Virus record (IMG/VR): IMGVR_UViG_3300035703_000008
Span: 62,001 to 126,000 of that record
Reading direction: 5' to 3' (one strand)
DNA: 64,000 nucleotides
The position numbers and the translations under genes are program-made. How positions within the stretch are numbered: position 1 is the first letter of the stretch; every line of letters starts with the position of its first letter. Below are positions 1 to 7,090 of this stretch, piece after piece. Under the pieces are notes generated by a model. The model saw only the letters and a list, made by a program, of their open reading frames with translations. It did not search any database and had not been told where the DNA came from.

Positions 1-2
1 CT

Positions 3-164
3 GGAGAAATCCAGTACACCGACGAGATTGACCCCAGATACCATTGCGTGTGCGTGGAACAGACTCCGGACTTTGCTCCCATCCTTTTCGAAGACGTGAT
101 CAAGAGGATCGAAGCCGAAGGCGGTCAAATAGGGTTCCGCAACGGCAATGGTCCGGTGATGTAG
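3..164 (+). CDS. 3' end of a gene truncated at the window edge; probable calcineurin-like metallophosphoesterase C-terminus
   Basis: Manual translation GEIQYTDEIDPRYHCVCVEQTPDFAPILFEDVIKRIEAEGG...PVM*. The RYxCVCVEQxDFxPI tail resembles phage metallophosphoesterase C-termini. Confidence 0.5.
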   Translation, partial: GEIQYTDEIDPRYHCVCVEQTPDFAPILFEDVIKRIEAEGGQIGFRNGNGPVM

Positions 165-167
165 ATT

Positions 168-243
168 CCGACCGTAGCTCAGTGGATAGAGCATCTGCCT
201 TCTAAGCAGAGAGTCGCAGGTTCGATTCCTGCCGGTCGGGCCA
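168..243 (+). tRNA. tRNA-Arg(UCU)
   Basis: Acceptor CCGACCG/CGGTCGG, anticodon arm TCTGC-CTTCTAA-GCAGA, T-loop TTCGATT, encoded CCA. Confidence 0.96.
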
Positions 244-302
244 GTAAAAAGCATATTGCTACAAGTGCAAACAGATTTCGAGACGATGTCATATAATAAT
301 AC

Positions 303-425
303 ATGCGTTCAAAATCTGTCGTTCCTGTTGTTTTGCTCATACTCTTTGCCTTGGCTCTGATCGCTGTCGGCGAAGTCCTGGAGTGTGTGATGTTGATCAA
401 TCCCTATGAGACCTGGTGCGATTGA
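303..425 (+). CDS. small hydrophobic (single transmembrane helix) hypothetical protein, 40 aa
   Basis: Manual ORF MRSKSVVPVVLLILFALALIAVGEVLECVMLINPYETWCD* after a TATAAT box. Below the ORF-track cutoff. Confidence 0.4.
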   Translation: MRSKSVVPVVLLILFALALIAVGEVLECVMLINPYETWCD

Positions 426-450
426 TTTTGATCCACTGCCACACAAAGTT

Positions 451-456
451 TAAATA
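451..456 (+). promoter_or_regulatory. T4-like late promoter core (TAAATA) 5 nt upstream of the fpr ATG
   Basis: TAAATA-tccat-ATG. The same core recurs before many genes in the window. Confidence 0.55.
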
Positions 457-461
457 TCCAT

Positions 462-1202
462 ATGGCCACTTATACTCGTCAAACCGTTACCCATGTGCAT
501 CACTGGAGTGATCGCACCTTTACCTTTCGTTGCACACGTGATCGGTCATTCCGATTCGCTGCCGGTGAATTCGTCATGATCGGACTCGAAGTCGAGGGTC
601 GGGCCGTGCTGCGTGCCTATTCAGTGACCTCGGCGCCCTGGGAAGAAGAACTGGAGTTCCTGTCGATCAAGATCGCCGACGGCGAACTCACCAGCCGACT
701 ACAACACATACAAGTGGGCGATACCGTGTTGATCGGCGAACGTGCCACCGGTACGTTAAGGAACGAAGCTCTTGCGCCCGGGCGCGATCTCTGGATGCTG
801 GCCACTGGCACAGGACTGGCACCATTCATGAGCCTGATGCGTGACCTTGACACCATCGAGCGTTGGCAGCATCTACATGTGGTACACAGCGTGAGACATG
901 GCCAGGACTTGGCCTATCACAACCAGCTGGCGGAGGCCTTTGCCGGCGAAGACCTGCATGACTTGGTGGCCGCCAAACTGGTCTATCATCCAGTGGTCAC
1001 TGGCGAGGGTGCAGCTCGCATCGGCGATCAGCTCAAGTCAGGTCAGTTGGAGTTGGATCCTGATCAGGATCGTGTGATGCTGTGCGGCAATCTCGAGTTC
1101 AATCATGAACTGGCCGAATGGTGCCGCGGTGCAGGCATGACCGAGGGTTTGATGCGTAGGCCTGGTGGCTTCGTGCTGGAACGAGCCTTTGTGGAAAAAT
1201 AA
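462..1202 (+). CDS. fpr: ferredoxin/flavodoxin-NADP+ reductase (bacterial FPR type)
   Basis: HHWSDRTFTFRCTRD, GEFVMIGL, RAYS (FAD binding), GELTSRL, MLATGTGLAPFMS (NADP binding), MLCG and terminal ERAFVEK. Confidence 0.93.
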   Translation: MATYTRQTVTHVHHWSDRTFTFRCTRDRSFRFAAGEFVMIGLEVEGRAVLRAYSVTSAPWEEELEFLSIKIADGELTSRLQHIQVGDTVLIGERATGTLRNEALAPGRDLWMLATGTGLAPFMSLMRDLDTIERWQHLHVVHSVRHGQDLAYHNQLAEAFAGEDLHDLVAAKLVYHPVVTGEGAARIGDQLKSGQLELDPDQDRVMLCGNLEFNHELAEWCRGAGMTEGLMRRPGGFVLERAFVEK

Positions 1203-1213
1203 TAGATCTAGAT

Positions 1214-1287
1214 GCGGGTATGGTTTAATGGTAAAACGAAACCTTGCCAAGGTTTAGTTGCGAGTTCGATTCTCGCTACCCGCTCCA
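1214..1287 (+). tRNA. tRNA-Gly(GCC)
   Basis: Acceptor GCGGGTA/TACCCGC, anticodon arm AAACC-TTGCCAA-GGTTT, TTCGATT, T73 then CCA. Confidence 0.96.
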
Positions 1288-1293
1288 CGCTGG

Positions 1294-1322
1294 TTGACAT
1301 CTAAAACCCGATATTGTATACT
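1294..1322 (+). promoter_or_regulatory. sigma70-type promoter upstream of tRNA-Ser
   Basis: TTGACA-17 nt-TATACT. Confidence 0.75.
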
Positions 1323-1332
1323 AACAACAACT

Positions 1333-1423
1333 GGAGACGTGACCGAGAGGCCGAAGGTGCTCCCCTGCTAAGGGAGTATGCGCCAAAAGCGCATCGTGGG
1401 TTCGAATCCCACCGTCTCCGCCA
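1333..1423 (+). tRNA. tRNA-Ser(GCU)
   Basis: Acceptor GGAGACG/CGTCTCC, anticodon arm CTCCC-CTGCTAA-GGGAG, long variable arm, G73, CCA. Confidence 0.96.
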
Positions 1424-1427
1424 AGAC

Positions 1428-1860
1428 GTGCTGTCTAATCAACAGCTAGTGTGGTCCGCATGTCGAGAAGTGGTGTGATAGCCACAGGACCTTACCATTT
1501 GGAGCAAATGGCGCTGGCAATGCGACAATCCTCCCTGGTCGGGAAGCGGGTGGAAGGCATGCGTGATGGGATTGAGACCGCTCGGTTCTTGATGTGCTAC
1601 AATTACCGCCGCAGGGGGGAAGCACCTGTTGTCATCAGTGAAGGCGTGAGCGAAAGTATGGCCATGCCCCAACTACCAGGGGAGAGCACCACCCCGAGCT
1701 TCTGCGACTCTGTTATAGAGCGGACCTGATCCTGGCCGGTCAGGATGAGCATGCGGCGGGGGACATTGGCGTTGGATTCATAGTCCAGATAACGTTCGGG
1801 TCTTAAACACAGGGTAGTGCCTTCACCGATGACGATATCGCCACAGATATCTCGGCATAA
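1428..1860 (+). ncRNA. candidate large structured non-coding RNA (possibly GOLLD-like; unassigned)
   Basis: About 430 nt directly after tRNA-Ser with no convincing gene. Many stems: GCTGT/ACAGC, GTGGT/GCCAC, CCATTTG/CAAATGG, CAATCC/GGATTG, GCAGG/CCTGT, GCGTG/CATGC with a GAAA loop, GGGG/CCCC, CTCT/AGAG, CCTGATC/GGTCAGG, TGGAT/GTCCA, GATATC/GATATC, and long-range CCGCATG/CATGCGG. Confidence 0.5.
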
Positions 1861-1913
1861 AACGATGTCTTTGCTGTGTCTGGGTTAAATATTTTCCTAT
1901 ACGGAGTCAAATC

Positions 1914-2108
1914 ATGGATATATCCATATTACTATTATTGGCAGCAGTGGCAGTGCTTGTATTTTTGTTGAGCAAAAAACAGAACCGTCCGCAAAATCTC
2001 GATGTCAACAACGATGGCGTGCTCAATGAAAAAGATGCAGAAATATTAGATCAGAATTTGCCCAAAGATCCCGACCCCCGCGTCGAAGAATCCCGGGATC
2101 GTAGATGA
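1914..2108 (+). CDS. small membrane-anchored protein with an EF-hand/dockerin-like Ca-binding loop
   Basis: N-terminal hydrophobic helix, then DVNNDGVLNEKD. GGAG Shine-Dalgarno upstream. Confidence 0.65.
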   Translation: MDISILLLLAAVAVLVFLLSKKQNRPQNLDVNNDGVLNEKDAEILDQNLPKDPDPRVEESRDRR

Positions 2109-2494
2109 TGTTGGGCACGATGAAAAAAATCGCGTCATTGGCCTGTGTGGCATTGATATCGTGGTCATGCACCGAGGAGTCTTCTCGCACCGGTGCCGAC
2201 GGATACACATTTGGCACCAAGCAGTTTGAGAAAAAAACCGTGACTGTGGAAATAGTAGTACATCCCACACTAGAAGAACTGCAGACCGAAGCCGAAAGAA
2301 TAGGCGCTGTGCGAAGAATCAATAACCAATCTGCGAGTGTCCAGGCATTTACTCATCTTTATCCACCCAATTTTGATACTTGCACCATACACATGGTAGA
2401 TCCTTCGGTCCATTACAGTCCGGAATTCGTGGGCCACGAATTCTTACATTGCGTGTACGGTCAGTGGCACACTGACAATCACAGTCGTCAATAA
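2105..2494 (+). CDS. hypothetical secreted/lipoprotein-like protein with an HExxH zinc-peptidase motif
   Basis: Signal-like MKKIASLACVALISWSC (likely start 2120) and GHEFLHCVYG. Confidence 0.6.
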   Translation: MMLGTMKKIASLACVALISWSCTEESSRTGADGYTFGTKQFEKKTVTVEIVVHPTLEELQTEAERIGAVRRINNQSASVQAFTHLYPPNFDTCTIHMVDPSVHYSPEFVGHEFLHCVYGQWHTDNHSRQ

Positions 2495-2504
2495 ACAAGA
2501 TCCA

Positions 2505-2579
2505 GCATCGTTAGCTCAGTGGTAGAGCAGGGCCCTTACAAGGCCAAGGTCGGGAGTTCGACCCTCTCACGATGCACCA
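2505..2579 (+). tRNA. tRNA-Val(UAC)
   Basis: Acceptor GCATCGT/ACGATGC, anticodon loop CTTACAA, TTCGACC, A73, CCA. G27-A43 mismatch. Confidence 0.92.
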
Positions 2580-2594
2580 GTCATACATAAACAT

Positions 2595-3911
2595 ATGAAT
2601 CGCAAAGACACCTTCTGTATACTGCCTTTTGTGGGCATGAACGTGCATATCAATGGAGGTCTCACTCCATGCTGTTATCAAGATCGCGGACCCGATGTCA
2701 AATATCGATTCCAAGACTACCAACAATGGCGCCAAGAAGGTCTCGCAGATCTTAAACGAGATCTCCTCACCGGAGTGAGAAACAGCCAATGTCGGCGATG
2801 CTGGGACGAAGAAGATGCCGGTGCTGACAGTTACCGACAGCAACACAACAAACAATACCCCAACCATCCAGCCTGGAAGATCGACGTCACTGAGCCGGGA
2901 TGGGAAAATCTCATCTATGATTTTCGCATGCTACATCTTGAATTTGACAGTCTTTGCAATCTAAGATGCATCATGTGTCACCCCACGGTGAGCACCAGTC
3001 TCGAGACTGAATACAAGCTCAATGCCGATCGATATCAGCCCTTTACCGGAATACTAAATTTTGAAAAAATCAAGTGGACCGAGACCGAACAATTTGAAAA
3101 ACTACTGTCGGCCTTGCAAAACGTAGACACTCTCATGGTCACCGGAGGCGAGCCTCTCACCAATCCCACATTCATACGACTGCTAAAGTCATTTCCCAAT
3201 CTCGAAGAACTCAATATATCAGTGACCACTAATGCCACTGTGATCAAGGACGATGTATACGAATTACTGAGTCGGGCCAAGACCAGTTCCATCACTGTGA
3301 GCTTGGAAGGCATTGGTGCCCACAACGATTATCTGCGGCACGGCAGCGACTGGGACACCGTGGATGCCAACATACAAAAACTGGCACAATTACCTAACTG
3401 GCGATGGATACCCATCAATATAGCCACTGTTTTACAATATACCAGTCTCTGGAGCTTGTCACCATTGATCGACTACTGTATAGAACGCGGCTACAATCTC
3501 CGGATCAACCATCTGCATCACCCTGACTATCTCACATTGTCGTGCATGGAAGACAAGGAACGCAAGAAATTCGTTGCCCAGCTACGCAAGAAATTCAAGG
3601 GACTTTATATAAGTCGTAGGGAGCCACGTGGCAAACAAATCACCTATGCCATAGACACCTTACTGAACACCGAATTTAATTCCAAATCTCGAGAAAAGTT
3701 TTTTTCTTATGTTGGCATGCTAGACAGCGTGAGAGGTACCAAGTTCCATGAAATATTTGACATCAACGAAAAGAGATCCAAATGTCAAAAATCAGTATCC
3801 CCGACGTCATTGAATTCGTCAATCAGCAAGGACCCAACACCCGCGTTTATCTCGGGGCCGATTCAGAACGATTCCGCGAACGCGGAGTCTGGTGGGCCGA
3901 ATACACCGTAG
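2595..3911 (+). CDS. radical SAM protein with an N-terminal twitch/SPASM-like Cys cluster
   Basis: CNLRCIMC, TGGEP, and N-terminal FCILPF...PCC...CRRC. The C-terminal tail overlaps the next gene by 130 nt. Confidence 0.88.
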   Translation: MNRKDTFCILPFVGMNVHINGGLTPCCYQDRGPDVKYRFQDYQQWRQEGLADLKRDLLTGVRNSQCRRCWDEEDAGADSYRQQHNKQYPNHPAWKIDVTEPGWENLIYDFRMLHLEFDSLCNLRCIMCHPTVSTSLETEYKLNADRYQPFTGILNFEKIKWTETEQFEKLLSALQNVDTLMVTGGEPLTNPTFIRLLKSFPNLEELNISVTTNATVIKDDVYELLSRAKTSSITVSLEGIGAHNDYLRHGSDWDTVDANIQKLAQLPNWRWIPINIATVLQYTSLWSLSPLIDYCIERGYNLRINHLHHPDYLTLSCMEDKERKKFVAQLRKKFKGLYISRREPRGKQITYAIDTLLNTEFNSKSREKFFSYVGMLDSVRGTKFHEIFDINEKRSKCQKSVSPTSLNSSISKDPTPAFISGPIQNDSANAESGGPNTP

Positions 3912-4252
3912 TGGTAGTGATACATATCAACGGCAACAACGGCTGCCGTATTTTCGGCGAAGTCACTAGAGAACGCGACTATGATCAACGGCAGGATCGT
4001 CCCAGCATGCGTCTCATGAACGAAGTATATCGTGTCAGTGAGCTGTTCCAGAATCTCGCACCAGCCCTGACAAATCGCGAAGTGGAAGTGCATCTTGACA
4101 TCAATCCCAACGAGCTGCATGGAAGTTCTTGCGTGATACAGCAAGCCATCGGCTATATAAGAGGTACCTGCAATGTGATCCCCATGGTCAAACCGCAGGC
4201 ATTCGCGGCCAGCTATGCAGCTGACCGATTCCGCAATCTCAAAGTAGCATAA
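3782..4252 (+). CDS. RNase H-like protein (YkuK/DUF458 family)
   Basis: VYLGADS, YTVVVVIH, RLMNEV, EVHLDINP, GSS, AADR motifs. Confidence 0.8.
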   Translation: MSKISIPDVIEFVNQQGPNTRVYLGADSERFRERGVWWAEYTVVVVIHINGNNGCRIFGEVTRERDYDQRQDRPSMRLMNEVYRVSELFQNLAPALTNREVEVHLDINPNELHGSSCVIQQAIGYIRGTCNVIPMVKPQAFAASYAADRFRNLKVA

Positions 4253-4262
4253 AGGAAACATC

Positions 4263-4499
4263 GTGGCCAGAATTACCAGCGAAACCGCTGCACAGAAAGT
4301 CGGTAGCAAATATGATCTCATCCTGATCGCGTCGCGACGTGCTCGCGAACTCAGACACGGACATGCACCCATGGTCGCTGCCGAAGACGACAACGAAGTG
4401 GTCATCGCTCTCAGAGAGATCGAACAAGGTCTTGTGGGTCGCGATTATCTTCTCAAGCAACCCGATCTCAAACACGAACCAAGGAAATCACGCACATGA
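4263..4499 (+). CDS. rpoZ: RNA polymerase omega subunit homologue
   Basis: MARIT...KYDLILIASRRAREL..GHAPMV...VVIALREIEQG matches the RpoZ pattern. GTG start with AGGA Shine-Dalgarno. Confidence 0.85.
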   Translation: MARITSETAAQKVGSKYDLILIASRRARELRHGHAPMVAAEDDNEVVIALREIEQGLVGRDYLLKQPDLKHEPRKSRT

Positions 4500-4651
4500 A
4501 AGCCAACAGCCAATATCGCATGAGCAAGCAATCAAAGATCTTCTTAGGCAATGCCTGGAATCGCAGGGATCGCGAACAGTATCGCCGGGCTTTGATCCAG
4601 GCCGAATTGGACAGCAAGATTGTAGTGCGAGCCAAAATCAAAGATAATTAA
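4496..4651 (+). CDS. small basic hypothetical protein, 51 aa
   Basis: Manual ORF MKANSQYRMSKQSKIFLG...KIKDN*, ATGA-coupled to the rpoZ stop. Confidence 0.6.
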   Translation: MKANSQYRMSKQSKIFLGNAWNRRDREQYRRALIQAELDSKIVVRAKIKDN

Positions 4652-4658
4652 AAGTATT

Positions 4659-4733
4659 GCTGGATTAGCTCAGGGGTAGAGCAACCGCCTTGTAAGCGGT
4701 AGGTCGTCAGTTCGAATCCGACATCCAGCACCA
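4659..4733 (+). tRNA. tRNA-Thr(UGU)
   Basis: Acceptor GCTGGAT/ATCCAGC, anticodon arm ACCGC-CTTGTAA-GCGGT, TTCGAAT, CCA. Confidence 0.96.
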
Positions 4734-4750
4734 TCCATCGAGGTACTCTC

Positions 4751-4906
4751 ATGCCCATCAAAGGACTCAAAGAAATCCTGGAAAAGAAACGCGGTAACAC
4801 CGTGCCCGGGGAGAAAACCCCCGATGCCACGGACCGTGGTCCGGCACCCAAGTCACCAGTGCAAAGCAACAAACCCGCTCGTCGCGCTGCGGGTCGAGGT
4901 CGTTAG
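4751..4906 (+). CDS. small basic, low-complexity hypothetical protein, 51 aa
   Basis: Manual ORF MPIKGLKEILEKKRG...KPARRAAGRGR*. AGGT upstream; the stop overlaps the next GTG. Confidence 0.55.
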   Translation: MPIKGLKEILEKKRGNTVPGEKTPDATDRGPAPKSPVQSNKPARRAAGRGR

Positions 4907-5934
4907 TGAGCTATCAAGAAACCTATCAAGGCGAGATCTTCGTCAAGAGCGGTTGCTTGGATCACGAATATCATCTCCTGGAAAGCATCAGAGCCATGCT
5001 GATCAAGGCTGGTTGGATCAGCCAAGATCCACGCCGCTTGATCTGGCAACGCGATCACCGACGTGCATGGTTGGCCATAGTAGACGACATCGAGTCCATA
5101 CCCGAACATTCGCACGAAGATTTCCTGGCCACTCTGGGGCACGATGATCTAGTGATCACCGACAACTTTATCGCACGTCCTGTCCGGGCCCGTGTGATCG
5201 AGCTGCCACGATCCTGGTTTGGCATCTATGCCTATCGGCCCGAGATCACTGTCGACGAGCCTGATCGCGACTATGGATTTGCTGTGAACCGCCTGGATGC
5301 CGTGCGTGCCCAGATACTCTTGGAGATGCAGCAGTGGCGCCACCTCAGTGGTGTACAAGGCTATGTGAATTTCAACTGTGCTAGCCATGCCCTGGACCAG
5401 ACCTATCAGCAAAAACGCGAGCTATGGGCACGGGTGTGCGAAGATCTGCGCGCCTGGCATGAAGATCGCTATGATCGAGCTATTCGCGACATTGATACCT
5501 TGATACCATTCCGCAACCACGACCTCGAGCTGGAGCAGGTCATGCAACGATCTTTGCTCAATGTCATCGTTGAGACCTACAGCAGCGACTACTCAGTGAG
5601 CGTGAGTGAAAAGATATTCCGCGCTTTGGTCACACCGCGACCATGGACCGTGTTTGGCGGCATGTGGACCGTGGCCCGACTGGAACAACTGGGCTTTGAT
5701 TGCGTGAGAGACATAGTGGATCACAAAACCGATGCCATGAAAAGCACCGAAGACCGCATCAAAGAATTCGTTCGCAACTCGGCCAATCATTGGCGCAGCC
5801 TGGTGTGGTCAGAAATCAAAGATCGCTGTGAACAGGCTGCACAACACAATCAAGCAGTGCTGGCCAGCATGCGTGAGCAGTGGCCCACAGATCAGGCCCG
5901 GTTCTTGCAAGAATTACAGCCGTTGCTGGCTTAA
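4906..5934 (+). CDS. glycosyltransferase-like protein (VIVET...SEKIF family, GT10-like motif)
   Basis: LNVIVETY...VSEKIFRAL..PRPW..FG......L.QLGFD, shared with the 30061, 31157, 38780 and 43590 paralogues. Confidence 0.6.
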   Translation: MSYQETYQGEIFVKSGCLDHEYHLLESIRAMLIKAGWISQDPRRLIWQRDHRRAWLAIVDDIESIPEHSHEDFLATLGHDDLVITDNFIARPVRARVIELPRSWFGIYAYRPEITVDEPDRDYGFAVNRLDAVRAQILLEMQQWRHLSGVQGYVNFNCASHALDQTYQQKRELWARVCEDLRAWHEDRYDRAIRDIDTLIPFRNHDLELEQVMQRSLLNVIVETYSSDYSVSVSEKIFRALVTPRPWTVFGGMWTVARLEQLGFDCVRDIVDHKTDAMKSTEDRIKEFVRNSANHWRSLVWSEIKDRCEQAAQHNQAVLASMREQWPTDQARFLQELQPLLA

Positions 5935-6488
5935 AAATCCCACTGCGACCAAGTCACAGGCCGGGCGCACCAATCTCGAGTAAACTGGAATTCCGGTGGT
6001 TGTCCAGCTAGATAGTTTTTTATCATGCGAGCTCGTTGGTCTTCGTCGTGCATGTGGTGGCTGGAATCTGGGTCTACGATCTCAATCCATTCCACAGGAT
6101 CACGGAAAATGTTGGTATTGGCGGGATTGGTAACGATCTCTACAGCACGGAATCCACAATAGTATCTGAGATCTTCCATGTCTTGTATCACGATGCCCTC
6201 GGGCTCGGCCAGTTGTGCCAGCACAGGCGCATGTGTACGACCCAATACATCCAGGGCCATCATGCGTGTATCGCCCACGATCACTTGCCAGTTGGCATCA
6301 ACAAAGATGGGTTTCCTGAGTCGATCTTGCCGGAGATTTTCTACCATCCAATTCAATCGCACGAGATTGATGCGGCTGTCACCGTGATTGGTGGGTTGAT
6401 TGGCCTGGGCTAACATCTGGTCCAGGACGCGCACAGGGCGTATGCGCTGCACGTCGCAGTGTTCGATCCAACACAGTGAAATAGTCAT
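5931..6488 (-). CDS. hypothetical protein with a ParB/sulfiredoxin-like N-terminal motif
   Basis: LRKPIFVDANWQVIVGDTRMMAL resembles ParB-N PIxV...IIDGHxRxxA. Confidence 0.55.
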   Translation of the reverse strand: MTISLCWIEHCDVQRIRPVRVLDQMLAQANQPTNHGDSRINLVRLNWMVENLRQDRLRKPIFVDANWQVIVGDTRMMALDVLGRTHAPVLAQLAEPEGIVIQDMEDLRYYCGFRAVEIVTNPANTNIFRDPVEWIEIVDPDSSHHMHDEDQRARMIKNYLAGQPPEFQFTRDWCARPVTWSQWDF

Positions 6489-6516
6489 TGACAGTGTCTC
6501 TTTGATTTGTTAGAAT
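6488..6516 (+). promoter_or_regulatory. sigma70-type promoter upstream of the RNA cluster/ssrA
   Basis: TTGACA-17 nt-TAGAAT. Confidence 0.65.
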
Positions 6517-6669
6517 AGTTATACACGATGCTGTGGTGTAAATAAAGAAGACTTCGCAGGGGGATGCGCCCGGCAGCTCTGGATCTATCTGCCGGAATCG
6601 TTTGCACGGTGAGACTCCGTGAGAACAGTGGCAGTTCCTACACGCCCTGGGAGATGCCATAAATAAGGT

Positions 6670-6962
6670 TTATCGCTGTATGAAGCGCGGCGAAATCGGT
6701 TCTGGACGCGGGTTCGATTCCCGCCCGGTCCACCATAAGCATGTTCTTTGAGGTCTTGGTCGTTACCAGCGTGGCAAAAACGGCGACAGAGCATGCTTAT
6801 GATGGGCCGGACCTGGTTTCGACAGGGCAAGGAGTAGCCAAGTGGACAGCGGGGTAGGCGATGACCCTAAATCAAGCAAAACCTATAAACGCCAATGATG
6901 AGGTGTTTGCACTGGCCGCTTGAGCCATGCCGGGGTAGCTATACCTTGTTACCAAAAATAGC
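6670..6962 (+). ncRNA. ssrA: circularly permuted (two-piece) tmRNA: acceptor piece ~6670-6735, intervening segment 6736-6803, coding piece from 6804; tag ANDEVFALAA*
   Basis: The 3' tRNA-like part (GCGGG-TTCGATT-CCCGC-CCGGTCC-A-CCA, ends 6735) lies before the 5' part (GGGCCGG-ACCTGGTTTCGAC, starts 6804). G3-U70 alanyl determinant. P2 pairing ACAGCGG/TCGCTGT. pk1 GGGT/ACCC plus TAGG/CCTA. Resume codon GCC at 6891, tag stop at 6923. Confidence 0.93.
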
Positions 6963-6988
6963 AAAACCCGCTCCGGCGGGTTTTTTTT
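6963..6988 (+). terminator. rho-independent terminator after ssrA
   Basis: AAAACCCGC-TCCG-GCGGG followed by T8. Confidence 0.88.
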
Positions 6989-7061
6989 GATTTCTTCTCC
7001 TGGCAGTTAAATACATGCCAGCAGCGCCACCATCCCGGTGACGTCGGTTCAACCTCGACGC

Positions 7062-7090
7062 TTGACACATCGATGTCTTTACTGTATTGT
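7062..7090 (+). promoter_or_regulatory. candidate sigma70 promoter of the porin-MFS operon, overlapped by palindromes
   Basis: TTGACA-17 nt-TATTGT. The spacer contains the palindrome ACATCGATGT, and CTGTAT/ATACAG overlaps the -10 box. Confidence 0.5.

Noticed and set aside
1451-1729. 92-aa ORF as a real gene
   Set aside because: No ribosome-binding site or recognisable motif, a GTG start, and it lies in a densely base-paired region better explained as RNA.
1428-1860. RNase P RNA or SRP RNA
   Set aside because: The P4 signatures (GAGGAAAGTCC...AACAGAAxxCGGCTTA) and the SRP helix-8 motif are absent.
6547-6659. Hammerhead, HDV, twister or pistol ribozyme, or a tRNA
   Set aside because: I could not find the conserved catalytic cores or a T-loop/D-loop pattern, so it is kept only as an unassigned RNA candidate.
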